Made by a program: the position numbers and the translations under genes. This document shows positions 1-11,326 of a DNA stretch of 64,000 nt, piece by piece. Source of the stretch: Squalus acanthias (lineage: Eukaryota). A model generated the notes under the pieces. It was given only the letters and a program-made list of their open reading frames with translations, was not told the DNA's origin and searched no databases. The stretch is taken from the NCBI GenBank assembly GCA_030390025.1, contig CM059432.1:52516001-52580000 (forward strand), read 5' to 3'. How positions within the stretch are numbered: the first letter of the stretch is position 1; every line of letters starts with the position of its first letter.

Positions 1-991
1 CACCACCCTGTGCATCTCCCTTCCATACATAAAATCATCTAACTTCTTTTCTGATCTGCGTTTACTACATTTTTGCTTGTTGCCTGTTTAACAACACAAG
101 AGCACATTTAATGCCTGCTCCCAGGACTGCTGATGCCTGCTTTAACAAATTGTTTTGTCTCATGTAAGCAAACATTGTACCAGCTGTGTAGGTGTGTGAA
201 AAGCCTACCCCTGCAAGATCCTGCATTCATCAAAAACGAATCCATGCACCTTTTCCTCATTATCATTTAGTATTTTCATGTTAGGTTTAAATAAATCAAT
301 TAAAGTGTTAATAAATCTAAATGAAATTTATTTAATGAACATTGCAGCCAGTCATCCCAGTTCTAGCTCAAATCAACAATACTGAGCAATTTGTGAGTTC
401 TATGTTGGGCATTAGATACAACAGAATAATTGCTATGATCAGATTGTATAGCATTAGTGTAATAAATTAGACAATTTAATATGCCAAAGTGAATTATTGA
501 AGCAACTTATTTTCTTCATAGGCCAAATATTTTATACTACTAATAGATCTGCCATGGCATTGCTCATGAGTAGTTTCGGCGTATAGAGTTCTATACATAT
601 TACCTATACTGAGCTGGTGTTGCTGATTTTTTTTTCATTAAGGTTATCTCTTGAGGACATTATCTGTCAGGGCATCAGTTGGACTAGGAATATTTAGGTG
701 GACTTCAGGTCTGTGAGGCTAAGGTCAGGCAGATGTGACTAGTGCTGCTTGTGGAGCACTTTGTGCTTTCTAGATGGAAAATATCTGAGGGTTTGGGAGA
801 TTTCACTATTGGTGGGTTCACCTGTCCATCTCAAGAGATTTAGGCCCACTGGAAGAGCTGCTCTGTGGCCCCTTCGTAACTGTGTCTCTTTTTCCTTCTA
901 TGTTTTTCTCTCTGTTACTCCATCCTTTTCTCTCTCTTTCTCTCTTTTTTTTTACTAGTTTCTCTTACTGTTACTCTCCCTCTTTCTCTGT

Positions 992-1164
992 GGGTGAAAT
1001 TGATCAGTAGCGCGAAATGTGTTTGTAGCGAATTGGGAGCCATTTTATACGGCACCTGATATTCTTTTCCACTTAAGTCAATAGAAAAGAAAATCAAGCT
1101 TGGTGTAAAGCTGCCAATTCACTATGAACACATTCTGTTCTACTGACTAGGACCAATTTCACTC
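992..1164. mobile_element. Small palindromic MITE
   Basis: Ends GGGTGAAATTG...CAATTTCACTC with imperfect internal self-complementarity. Similar termini occur at 59880-60008. Confidence 0.55.
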
Positions 1165-1940
1165 CCTCTGTTTCTCCCTTGATTTTTGTGCACGGTCACA
1201 TCTTTTTTCTCCATTAATCTATCACTGTGCCTCATGTTACTCTCTCCTCTCTTTTGTTTGTTTCTCTCCCTGCTACTATTTGTGTCTTTGTTACTCTGAT
1301 TCTTTCTCCTTGAGTTTCTCTATTTGTTATTTTCTTCCTGTGTCTCTATACAGTCGCCCTTTTTCTGTGTTTATCTCACTGTTATTCTCTCACTGTACCT
1401 GGTGTTCTCTGTTATTCCAGTGATCTCGGTGAACTGCATTCTTTTTCTTGCACTGATCTGCAATTGCTGCCTTTTCCTCTGATGATCTATCGCAATGGAA
1501 TCTGCATGAGGGTTCAAGCAAGAGAGTGCAGCACAGCTAGTGTCAGGGCTTTGCGGAGAGCCATGCAAAGGAGTAAGAAGGAGAGCGTGGATCATCAGAG
1601 ATGGCACTGGAGGGTGGGGAAGGATGGAGGCATTAGCACGAGCATGCCTTTGACCTTTTGTCAGGTTACACTCCTGTGAAGCGTCTTGGGATGCTTTACT
1701 ACATTAATGGCTCAATATAAATGCAAATTGTTGTTGCTGCTGCTGCACACACTTTTTCATGTTGGCCAAAAGATGTCAGGCAATGGAGTACAGAGGTGTG
1801 GGTGGATATGGTGGTGTCTACTAACCGGAAGGGGTATATCTATAGACCAGGTTGTTGATTTGAGTGGGGGAGTAGAGGAAGGCACTGGGAGGTGAGATTG
1901 GGAGGCTTATGGGTAAGCTTTCAACATTTTTTGTCAATTA

Positions 1941-2701
1941 ATGGCCCGTAATTTCCGATAGGAGGCTTCCTGCAAGCGATGCCTCCTATTGGGAAAAACT
2001 CTACGCCCTTACCTGAGGGCTCCTGAGGTCCGGCCATTTCCGATCCTGGGCCTCTGCTCTATGAAATGCGCAGGGCCCACGAATCCCAGGGGCACATGCG
2101 GTTCACAAGCGTCCCTGGGATCACATGGGCCAGGCGAGCCAATGGGAGAAGGGAATCCCCCCTTCATACTTTTGACAGATAGACCTGTCAAAAGTATGAA
2201 TGGGATCACTGAAAAAAGACATCAAAACATTAAATAAATTTAAAAAAAACATGTTTTTAAAATGAGTTAAAATTACATTAAATTAAATATTTTAAACAAA
2301 AATTAAATTTTTTGAAAAAAATAATTACAGTTTTTTATGGGGCTAAAAATAAACTTACCTTTTTTAAAAGTATTTTTAAATTATAAATGAGTGAAAAATA
2401 TATTTTAAAAAACTTTTTAAAACTCTTATGTTGGTAAAAGCAGGCCTTATGCCTGCTTTTACCAGGCGTAAGATTTTTAAGTGATTTCAGCGGGCATAGG
2501 TTCTGCAGAAAGCGGAACTATCCGCCCGCAGAGGCCCTTCTCCAGGGCAGGCGTCCTGATCTGTCAAGAGGATTCTTGACAGATCGGAAGTGCTGGTTTT
2601 CAGCGCATGCGCTTCACATGCCTGAAACCGGCATTTCCGATGTCCCTACAGGTGTGTACACACCTTCTACACACCCGTAGGGATCGGAAAATACAGGCCA
2701 T
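1941..2701. mobile_element. Non-autonomous DNA transposon (MITE) with multiple internal hairpins, copy 1
   Basis: TIRs TGGCCCGTAATTTCCGAT / ATCGGAAAATACAGGCCA. Collinear with the copy at 40381-41126. Confidence 0.8.
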
Positions 2702-3461
2702 CGTTTTTGATAACATGTTAATTATGTGAGGAAGTTTATTTGCACAGGTTTACAGTGGGGTGGGTGAGAAACTATTATGGTGGCGGCATCTCAGAGAATT
2801 GTTTATGTTGCAGTGTGATTGGGCAGAAGTTCTTTTGGAAGGAGAAAGGTTTTGTGCAATAAGATTGATGAAGAATGAAGTAGAAAATAACCACTTAGAA
2901 AGGAGATGAGGAAAAAATAAATTGATGGACATTCAAATAATAAAGTTCAATGCTGTTGATGATAGATACTACAGTCATGAAATTAACTGGAGCCATGATA
3001 TTTACTGTAGACACAAACCTTTTTATTATATGGATAGAAAGATGTGTTATGCAGGTTCTCATACTTGTCAAAATGATTGTTGAAAGCTTTGAAACGTTAT
3101 TAGACGTACCAAAGCAAACAATATCCTGCCTAACACATGCCAGTACAAAACCATTGCTTACATAGAGTTTTATACTCTTTTACTTTTGAATATGTGATGC
3201 TATGTGTTAGAGGTCAGAGCATTGAGTAATTTTGCTTTGTATTCCTGTCTATTATAGGAACAGACACATCTTATTCATTGTTTTGAACCTTGCTTGTTGT
3301 CATGTTAAATGTTGAGCAAAAACATGTTCTTGCATCTCTTTCCTTGTTCTTTGTTTATCTTGTTTGTCTTCATTTCTTCATCCTTGAAAAAATGAAGTAT
3401 CTCTTGTTGCACAAACAGAGCTGTTCATGAATGCCTGATTAATTACTTTATTTAACTCTAG

Positions 3462-3896
3462 GAGGAGGAGTGCCTCATGGTGTGTTTCCTGAACAAAGTG
3501 GTAACACTGATGGACTAACAGAAAGCTGTGCACGCTGGGATGGCAAGCATGAGGCATCTCAGCCCGCACGCGACTCTTTACTAAGTTGTGATGCTGTGCT
3601 TAACAGACACTCGCTGCCCACTGGCTATGATAATTTGCCATGCACAGAACCAGATACACCAAAGGAGGTAAATGCAGAGCGGACAAGCAAGTCTAAACTC
3701 AGAAGTCCAAAGGTACAAGACATACACGAGGAGGGTCCAAAGATACAAGATAAGCATGAGAAGGGCCCAAAAGTACAAGATATGCACGAGGAGGGCCCAA
3801 AGATACAAGATAAACATGAGAAAGGTTCTAAGGTACAAGATAAACATGAGAAGGGCCCTAAAGTACAAGATAAGCACGAGAAGAAGGATAACCTAG
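3462..3896 (+). CDS. MYOM1: Myomesin-1 EH-segment cassette exon (435 nt, phase 1-1) with 6 decapeptide repeats
   Basis: Acceptor ...tttaactctag|GAGGAGGAGTG and donor CTAG|gtgaga. The translation GGGVPHGVFPEQSGNTDGLTES..KHEASQPARDSLL..RHSLPTGYDNLPCTE resembles the mammalian EH segment as recalled (GGGVSPDVCP..GGLTAS..VHEASPP..DALL..PSLPSSSQNLGQTE). It lies directly before the My7 exon. Confidence 0.88.
3707..3886 (+). repeat. Coding 30-bp tandem repeat x6 (P/S)K(V/I)QD(K/I/M)HE(E/K)(G/K)
   Basis: Units read directly: PKVQDIHEEG, PKIQDKHEKG, PKVQDMHEEG, PKIQDKHEKG, SKVQDKHEKG, PKVQDKHEKK. Confidence 0.97.
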
Positions 3897-4552
3897 GTGA
3901 GAAAACAGGGAAACAATATTAAAGTTAAACAGATAAAGAGATGCAATCATATTCTGAGAAGAACTGATCTGCTCTCAGTAAATGTGATTGATGCACTTGA
4001 TTCATTGTTAAGGAGGTTTGATGAATGATAACAAAAACTATTTGCACTTTATCATCTCTCACATCCAAGGATGTCTCCAAACACTTTACGAGGGGCGAGA
4101 AGCACACTGAGCAGGAGGTGGGAGTACATTGGAGGCAGAACCAAAACATGGTTTAAGAAATCAGCTTTAAGGGGACTTTGGAAGGAAGATGGAGAGCCAT
4201 ATCAGTGAACTGTTTTCGGAGAGAATTCCGCGGAGCAAGGGTCTAGTAGCAGAAAGATTGGACTCAAATGGTCAAATAGAACATGAGCAGTAACCTAAAT
4301 TCAGAGGAGTGGGGACTATGGGGGAAATATACAGCTGGAGAAAGCCATGAAAAAATGTGAAAATGAGACAAGGACTTTGACATTCAGGGATGGGGGCCAG
4401 TGGAGCTTAGGAAAGAAAGGAGTAAAATCGTAATGTGCTCATAGCTGTTTTGTTGGAAATGAGCTTTGTGTGTATTGATTACACACTCAGTCTCATGAGT
4501 TGAGAATAGACCAGTTTAACCAGAAACACAGTTGAACAGGTTATCACAGAAT

Positions 4553-4837
4553 CCCCACAGTGCAGATAGAGGCCATTTCGGCCCATCGAGCCTGCACTGA
4601 CACATATCCCACCCTATCCCCGTAACCCCACGTATTTAATCCCCCTAACACTAAGGGTCAATTTATCATAGCCAAATCAACCTAACCCGCACATCTTTGG
4701 ACTGTGGGAGGAAACCGGAACAAACCCACGCAGACAATGTGCAAACTCCACACAGACAGTCACCCGAGGCCAGAATCGAACCCGGGTCCCTGGCGCTGTG
4801 AGGCAACAGTGCTAACCACTATGCCACCGTGTTGCCC
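4553..4837 (-). mobile_element. HE1-like (V-SINE) tRNA-derived SINE
   Basis: The reverse complement has a tRNA-like head (GGGCAACACGGTGGCATAGTGGTTAGCAC...GGTTCGATTC), a V-domain-like core (TCCGGTTTCCTCCCACAGTCCAAAGA) and a CR1-like tail. Confidence 0.8.
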
Positions 4838-6379
4838 GTGTTATCTTTTTCACTTTGTGCTAAGAGGCAATTGCTGCCATTCATGAAGCCCAGCACAACA
4901 GCTGTCACCCTTTTCAGTAAGCCATCACTATTCCTCATGGTATTACTTTCAGAATTCCATTAAAATCAAAGCTATGTGAGAGCTGCGGCATAGATTATTC
5001 TGGTACTTCATTTAGTAAGAACCATTTAATTTGCAATGATAATCATTTTTATTTGTTCTTTGGATGTGGGCAACACTGGTAAAGCAGTATTTATTGCCCA
5101 TGCCTAGTTGCCCTGAGAGAATAAAGTCATCTGAGAGAAAAAAATAACGTGCGACTGGAGTTGCATGTAAGGACATCAGTGAGCCAGGTGCTTTTACAAA
5201 AATGCAATCACAATGTGCTCAAAGCTGTTTTGCTGAGAATATGCATCCAGCAGCTTTCATTGTCATTTTTTGTTGCCAGCCCAGAAATGAACAGATTTAT
5301 TAAATTCAATTTCCCATAACTTGCCATGGCTGGATTTGAACGTCCAATTATACGATTTCAGCAAACAAAATGATTCTTTAAATATGGGGTACTAGAATTC
5401 TTTTTCTCTCCTGGTTCCATCAGTTGTTAGGAAGGGATAAATGCTTGATGGCTATTCTTGATAGATTTGTGTTGAATGGTGACATACTGAGAGAGATACT
5501 GTTATCTTGTACCACTGAATTCTTCCCACGTTTTCCAAGTGTGTTTATTAGCTTGCGATTTGTAGGTTCCTTGAAGATTCTGACTAGTTGATATGCCCCT
5601 ACTTTACAGCAAAATAGCTTACAAAGTGGTAGCTGCTGTGAATATTTATGGTACCTTAATTTTATTAAGATAGGGCTTGATTTAATGTTTACCGTGCATT
5701 TCAGTCTTCGGGCAAAGCTTGTATTCCTACTTGGTGCTGGACTGCAAACTTTCTATTTTATTTCTTTCCAAATATGTAAACAGTAAGGAGAACTGTAAAA
5801 GACTTAAGGAAGATGTAGACAGGTTAGCAGAATAGATAAACAGGTGACAATTGCAATTTAATGTGGGTAAAAGTGAGGAATGGGAATACATACTTAATGC
5901 AAAGACACTCAAGAGTGTGGATGAACAGACAGTTTCTTGCAAGTGTGAGTGCAAGTGGATAAAGCCATAGAAAAAGGCCAAGAGAATTTTGAGTTTTATA
6001 AATAGAAGCACAAGAGTAAGGAAGTAATTTTTTTTTTACAAAACATTAGTTAGGTCACAGAGTAACGTGTGTAGTTTTGGGCACCGCATTATAGAAAGTG
6101 AAAATTCACCCCATTATTTTTAATTAAGAAATAATTTGTTGCTTTCTAATCATTGAATTCTATAGTTACTCAGCACAGGTTCTATGAAGAAATGCAAGGT
6201 GGCTGCTTCATTCTACATTTGATTGTGGGTCTGAATCCTGATCATAGCTGAAACTACAGACTGAAGAACCATACTTGTGATAAGATTTAGTAGCACCGGC
6301 CAAACAGGTTCAGCTTCTCATTTTAGGGACAAATTCAAATTCTGTTTGTATTATCCTTTGTTAATCTCATTTTGTTCTA

Positions 6380-6830
6380 TCATCACCCCTGTGCTCACTG
6401 ACCTACATTGGCCCAATCCAGCAATGCCTCAGATTTAAAATTCTCATTCTTGTGTTCAAATCCCTCCATGGTCTCGCCACTCCCTGTCTCTGTAACCTGT
6501 TCCAGTCCTCCTGCTCCAGCCCTACAGCCCTCCAAGAACTCTGCGTTCCTCCACTTGTGGCCTCTCCGCATTCCCGACTTCCTTCGCTCCACCACTGGTG
6601 GCCGTGCCTTCCGCTGTTTACGCCCTAAGCTCTGAAATTCCGTCCCTAATCCTCTCCACCTCTACACCTTTCTCTCCTCCTTTAAGACACTCTTAAAAAC
6701 CTACCTCTTTGATCGAGTTTTTGGTCACCTGTCCTAATGACTTCTTCTTTGGCTCAGTGTCAATTTTTTGGTCTGATTACATTCCTGTGAAGGGCTTTTG
6801 GACGTTTTACTACATGAAAGAAATTGTTAT
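6380..6830 (+). mobile_element. L2 LINE 3' fragment
   Basis: Decayed ITPVLTDLHW...FKILILVFKSLHGL, homologous to the L2 at 60350-62965. Confidence 0.75.
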
Positions 6831-8169
6831 TATTATAAAATATAATCATTTTTTGAATAATTTTTTGTTCCAGCATCTAGTATCAATTTTATCGTGGGGT
6901 TTCTGGCTTAAAGCAATTACTGAGCCTGACAGTTGAGGAACTAAATAAACAGTATAGTAGATATACAACTTTGCAGCTAGGAATAATTCAGCATTAGCTG
7001 TGTATGTTAATTCAATTCCTTCAAATGTGTCAGACTCAGTAACCAAATACTCCTAATAATGCCATAAGACTCAACATTTAAACAAAACTATTTTGAAATT
7101 TGAGCAAAATGATACAACTAAATAAAAAGGTGATGTTGTTAGTCAGGATTTTTTATAATCGTTTGAGTTCTGCTAGTGAGAGATATATATATATATATAT
7201 TTTAATGGTGTGGATGTTAATTTCACTATCGAGTAATGTGATAACTTACCAATGTGTTTCTCACCTTAGTACAATTCTCCATGGAAGAAGTCAAGTATTG
7301 AAGTATTGACAATGCATTTATAGATGTTTTTTCACTTGTGTGAAACACCTTTGTAACTCATGAACACGATATCGATATTTGGCACTGTTAAGTGAATGAT
7401 TCTAACACACTATCCACCAGTGTGATAGCCTGGATCAATTTGTATTATGTTTTCAAACCTATACATTTTTTCTTGAATATGTTTGTTTTCCTCCAATTTG
7501 AAAAATGTGCAGTTTTCTTCTTTCAATATCCTTATGTATCTCAGCACTCCCTAACTTCCAAGCACTCTGTAACTGTCTGGTGGGAGATGAGAGGGAGCAT
7601 CCCTGGATGTCTCCCCATATGATATTCCCTCATTCTCTGTGGAGAAGTACATAGACTCCACTCTGCCACTTTCTGATGGCACTTTTGAGCTGGAGAACTT
7701 GCTAATGAGGAATCATGGGTGTGACCCTTATGTGGGTATTAAATCTTATTTGCAATGAGTTTGTGCCTCCTTTAAAGTACTGGACAGAGCAATGACATCG
7801 GAACCTGCTAAGTATTCCGTGGCTAATATTAATAGTAACTTCTAGGCTTAGATCACAATTTTGTGCATTTATTCTTTTAATTTCTAAGCTGAAAGTTAAG
7901 TGGAGTTTGATTCTCTATGTGATCTAGTGATGTCTCACTGGGTTTGCAGTCAGTATTAAATTAAGAGAAATGAATGCTGCCTGAGTAATGGCAGCGAGCA
8001 GGGACACCACTTTAACAGCTGTAAATGAAGGAGCAAATACTGTGGTTTCTCTCAAATTACACTGTTAGTTATCCTATTTACTTTTTCACTCTAATAGAAT
8101 GTTTAACTGGCACCAAGGTGTAACTTGGAATCTGAGTTTATGAAGACTGGTTCTGATAGAAGTATAGAT

Positions 8170-8590
8170 GATTATTTTTGTAGCCAATCTTTCCCCCCCC
8201 CTTTCTCTTCTCCTCTGAAGTCATTGACTTCTACTCAAGTTACGGTTCCACGGGCACTGACAGCCCCCTCTACCTTGCGAAACATACATTCTTCATGTGT
8301 GAGCGGAGAAGTGTCAGCAAGCTATTGGACCTTGGGGAAAATCAGAACTGAGTTTGGACTTGTCTTCATCTGACATCCACACACACACGCTTTCCAGCAG
8401 AGGTCACAGGATGGTGGTCAAGAATGGGAACCTTGGCTGATGTTCCCTGCACTAACTGGGGGCACGGAGGCCAGTTTTTATACTCCAATTGCTGCCCCGG
8501 CTGAGATCAGCTTACTCAGCACAGACTGAGGATTAAACAGGGGACTTTCTGGTCTGTATAGCTCAGTTACATGTTGGTTTTACCAACTTA
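8170..8590 (-). mobile_element. tRNA-derived SINE (possibly LF-SINE-like)
   Basis: Contains GCTGAGATCAGCTTACTCAGCACAGAC. Related pieces recur at 13555-13690 (+) and 13740-13990 (-). Confidence 0.45.
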
Positions 8591-9249
8591 CCGTTCCAGG
8601 AAGCTCAAGAGGTGGTCTTTTTAATTTTGGTACATGTTCTACTGTATACCAATAATTGCACAGCACATGTCATACATTGCCTTCCATCCTTTTTTGCATA
8701 ACACTGAGAAATATTTGAATGACATTGCACTACGTGATATTAGTAATGAATCCATTAATTCATTTGTATGTACACTCTTAACAAAGGTGTTAACACATTC
8801 ATTACTAATACCACACAAAGGGATTTCAATCTATTGGAGTACAAATGCTCTTGTCCTTTGCAGGAACTGAATTGTAATGGTATTCTGAGGTTGTACATTC
8901 AAGAAAGAGCCACTGCCTAGTTGTTGTCTTTGTTTCAGTAAGGGATGTCAAATTGAAGAGAGTATGAGACATTTGCTGAGCTTAAATTTTACTGGCGTTC
9001 CTTGTTATGATTCCATTCTAATATAAAATTCCATACCAATTGCAGTTTAAAGTTATAACCAATACATTAAATACAAAGCTCATTGTACTGATCAGATCCA
9101 AGTTGACTTGAGACATTACTTGTACAGTATACAGAAGACTTCCTTTATGTCATAGCACATAAATGATCCAAATGGTAAGATTTTTTTGGAAAAATTTAAA
9201 CTGTCAAATGGAATCAAATATTAACCCAATGTACTCTACCTTCAAACAG

Positions 9250-9446
9250 CTTCTCCAGCCCCACCTTATGGAATTACAGTTCTTGAAAGTGTCCATGACT
9301 CTATGGTGTTAGGATGGAAACAACCCAAGTTCCATGGTGGTTCTGACATCACTGGCTACTTTGTGGATTATCTTGAAGTTATTGATGGTATCCCTGGAAA
9401 ATGGAAAGAAGCCCATATCAAAGCTGTCACTGAGCGGGCGTACAGA
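9250..9446 (+). CDS. MYOM1: Myomesin-1 exon, FnIII My7 N-half
   Basis: aaacag|CTTCTCCAGCC ... TACAGA|gtaggt; ASPAPPYGITVLESVHDSMVLGWKQPKFHGGSDITGYFVDYLEVIDGIPGKWKEAHIKAVTERAYR. Confidence 0.96.
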
Positions 9447-9844
9447 GTAGGTGAAACAAGGCTTACTTCCTGATCATGTTTTTAGAAGTTGTAAGGGAGA
9501 ACTTTCAGTTCAATATACTTCTCAAATGTCTATCTGAAAATAATGTAGGAATAAATATATCTATCACTTGTACTGAAATAACTTTGATTTTGTTCCCCAC
9601 CATTTCGGGTCTCCATTCCTCCAGAGTCACCCATTTGCATCAGTTATGCAGGGGGTGCTCCCTGCATCCTGGAGCAACACATATTCATTTCAAAGGCAAT
9701 ACATTGCCACTGGATACTGGTGCATAATCAGCAGGCCACGTGCATCTACAGGGTCGAGCAGCATGATGTTGGAAATTGTTTGGAATCTGGCTGTATAGAA
9801 TTAAACGGATTTAAGCTTTACCGTAACAATATGTCAATCAATGT

Positions 9845-10302
9845 GAAAGAGTAAATTAAAATGCTGGAAATACTCAGCGGGTCAGGCAGCATCTGTAGAA
9901 AGAGAAACAGAGTTAACGTTTCAGGTCGATGACCCTTCGTCAGAACTGGAAGATGTTAGACATGAACAGATTTTAAGCAAATACAGAGCCAGGGAAAGCG
10001 AGGCAGAAAAGAACAAAAGGGAAAGGTCTGTGATCAGGTGGAGGGATTACAAGGAGGTGATAATGGGACAAGTATAGTGAAAAAAGATGGGTCCAGAGGA
10101 GGTGTTAATGGTTACACAAAAATAGCAGAGCAGGGGAGAAACATGGAAAATCTGGAAAGCGAAGAGGGTTGCCATGGCCCGGGACCTGAAACATTAACTC
10201 TGTTTCTCTCTCTACAGATGCTGCCTGACCTGATGAATATTTCCAGCATTTTCTGCTTTTATTTATGATTTCCAGCATCCACAGTATTTTGCTTTTGTTT
10301 TA
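9845..10302. mobile_element. Non-autonomous Penelope-derived element with inverted arms and a hammerhead motif
   Basis: The arm AAAATGCTGGAAATACTCAGC...GTTAACGTTTCAGG and its reverse complement are flanked by ATGT(C/T)AATCAATGT direct repeats (9831-9844, 10303-10316). The arm is similar to the PLE terminus at 63575-63665. Confidence 0.75.
9911..9947 (-). ncRNA. Minimal type I hammerhead ribozyme motif
   Basis: Reverse complement: AGUU-CUGACGA-A-GGGUC-AUC-GACCU-GAAA-CG-UU-AACU (stem I, core, stem II, palindromic ACGU stem III). Confidence 0.75.
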
Positions 10303-10369
10303 ATGTTAATCAATGTATCTGGTGTACTGTCTTCCTCTAATTCTTGATCTTGCTACTTACTTACTACAG

Positions 10370-10496
10370 ATCCATGACCTAAAGGAAAACATGACATATC
10401 AGTTCCAAGTCCGTGCAGCCAACCTGGCGGGAGTTGGTATACCATCACTGCCAAGTGACGAGTTTAAGTGTGAAGAATGGACCATTGCTGTTCCAG
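10370..10496 (+). CDS. MYOM1: Myomesin-1 exon, FnIII My7 C-half (GC donor)
   Basis: ctacag|ATCCATGAC; IHDLKENMTYQFQVRAANLAGVGIPSLPSDEFKCEEWTIAVP. The frame requires the donor CCAG|gcaggt. Confidence 0.94.
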
Positions 10497-10571
10497 GCAG
10501 GTCTACTAACTCTCTGAAACAATATACTTATAATGGTGATGCAGAGTAATAAAGCAAGAATAAGAGACACT

Positions 10572-11326
10572 GGGGGAGAAATTTGGTATCGCCGCATTTT
10601 GGGCGCTAAATTTTGAAAGCTGGAAAAATTAGCGCCAGGCGCTAACGATTCTCAGCTTTCTCTAAATTGGGTGTTAGCGCTCCAGGAAGAAAGTGGAGCG
10701 CTAAATCAAGCAGTACCACTTCCCTTCTGGAGCGCTAAACCACGCAGGAGGGGACGGTAGAGGTGCAGTGCTGCACAATGTCCCGTGCAGCGCTGCCGGG
10801 ATCTGAGGCTCCTTCCCTCCCTTAAAGGGAACGGCCATCGCTGCAGGCTCTGCATTTCAACGATGTCCCTCGTTACCGACGGCAGCCGGGATCCGTGACG
10901 ATCAACCCCAAGCACTCTAACAGAGTGCAGGGCTGATCAATCGCAGCAGTTAAAATTTTTCAAACAACAACCTAAGGGATGGAAACAATTTTTTTCTGCA
11001 GACCAGCAGCCTTGCCTTTAATTACCACCCATCGAAGCTCCCAGCCTCCCTAACAATGCCTCCTGCAGCTGTCTGTGTTATTGCCTGGCGATGCTGCAGG
11101 GGGTGGAACCGAATTTCGGGTCTGGGGCGCTACCGGGGCGCTGCGCACGATCTCCAGACGCAAGAGATCGTGGTGCTAGGGCTTACCGCCACCACAAACC
11201 TCCAGGTGAATTTCGTGGGCGACGGTAATATCGCCGCCCCCGGGAGGTAAGTCGTTAGCACCCGTTATCGCCCCCCGCCCCCCGGGGTTGCTAACAGGAG
11301 GTGCAATGGAGGCGAATTTCTAGCCC
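10572..11326. mobile_element. PIF/Harbinger-like MITE, family A copy 1
   Basis: TIRs GGGGGAGAAATTT / GAATTTCTAGCCC, 3-bp TSD ACT, repeated GCGCTAA subterminal motifs. Related copies at 24321-25212 and 30241-30989. Confidence 0.75.

Noticed and set aside
3707..3886. CRISPR-like array
   Set aside because: Contiguous tandem units without unique spacers, inside a eukaryotic exon.
3581..3896. Repetitive ORFs on the minus strand and in another frame (MLILYFRALL..., MQSGQ...)
   Set aside because: Shadows of the 30-bp coding repeat. Only the EH frame fits the splice phases.
4760..4837. Genuine tRNA gene
   Set aside because: The A/B-box-like sequence is the head of an HE1-type SINE and continues into the SINE body.
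10180..10205. Second sense-strand hammerhead (also 53612-53635)
   Set aside because: The CUGANGA box is missing and the GAAA/palindrome is mutated, so these are only remnants.
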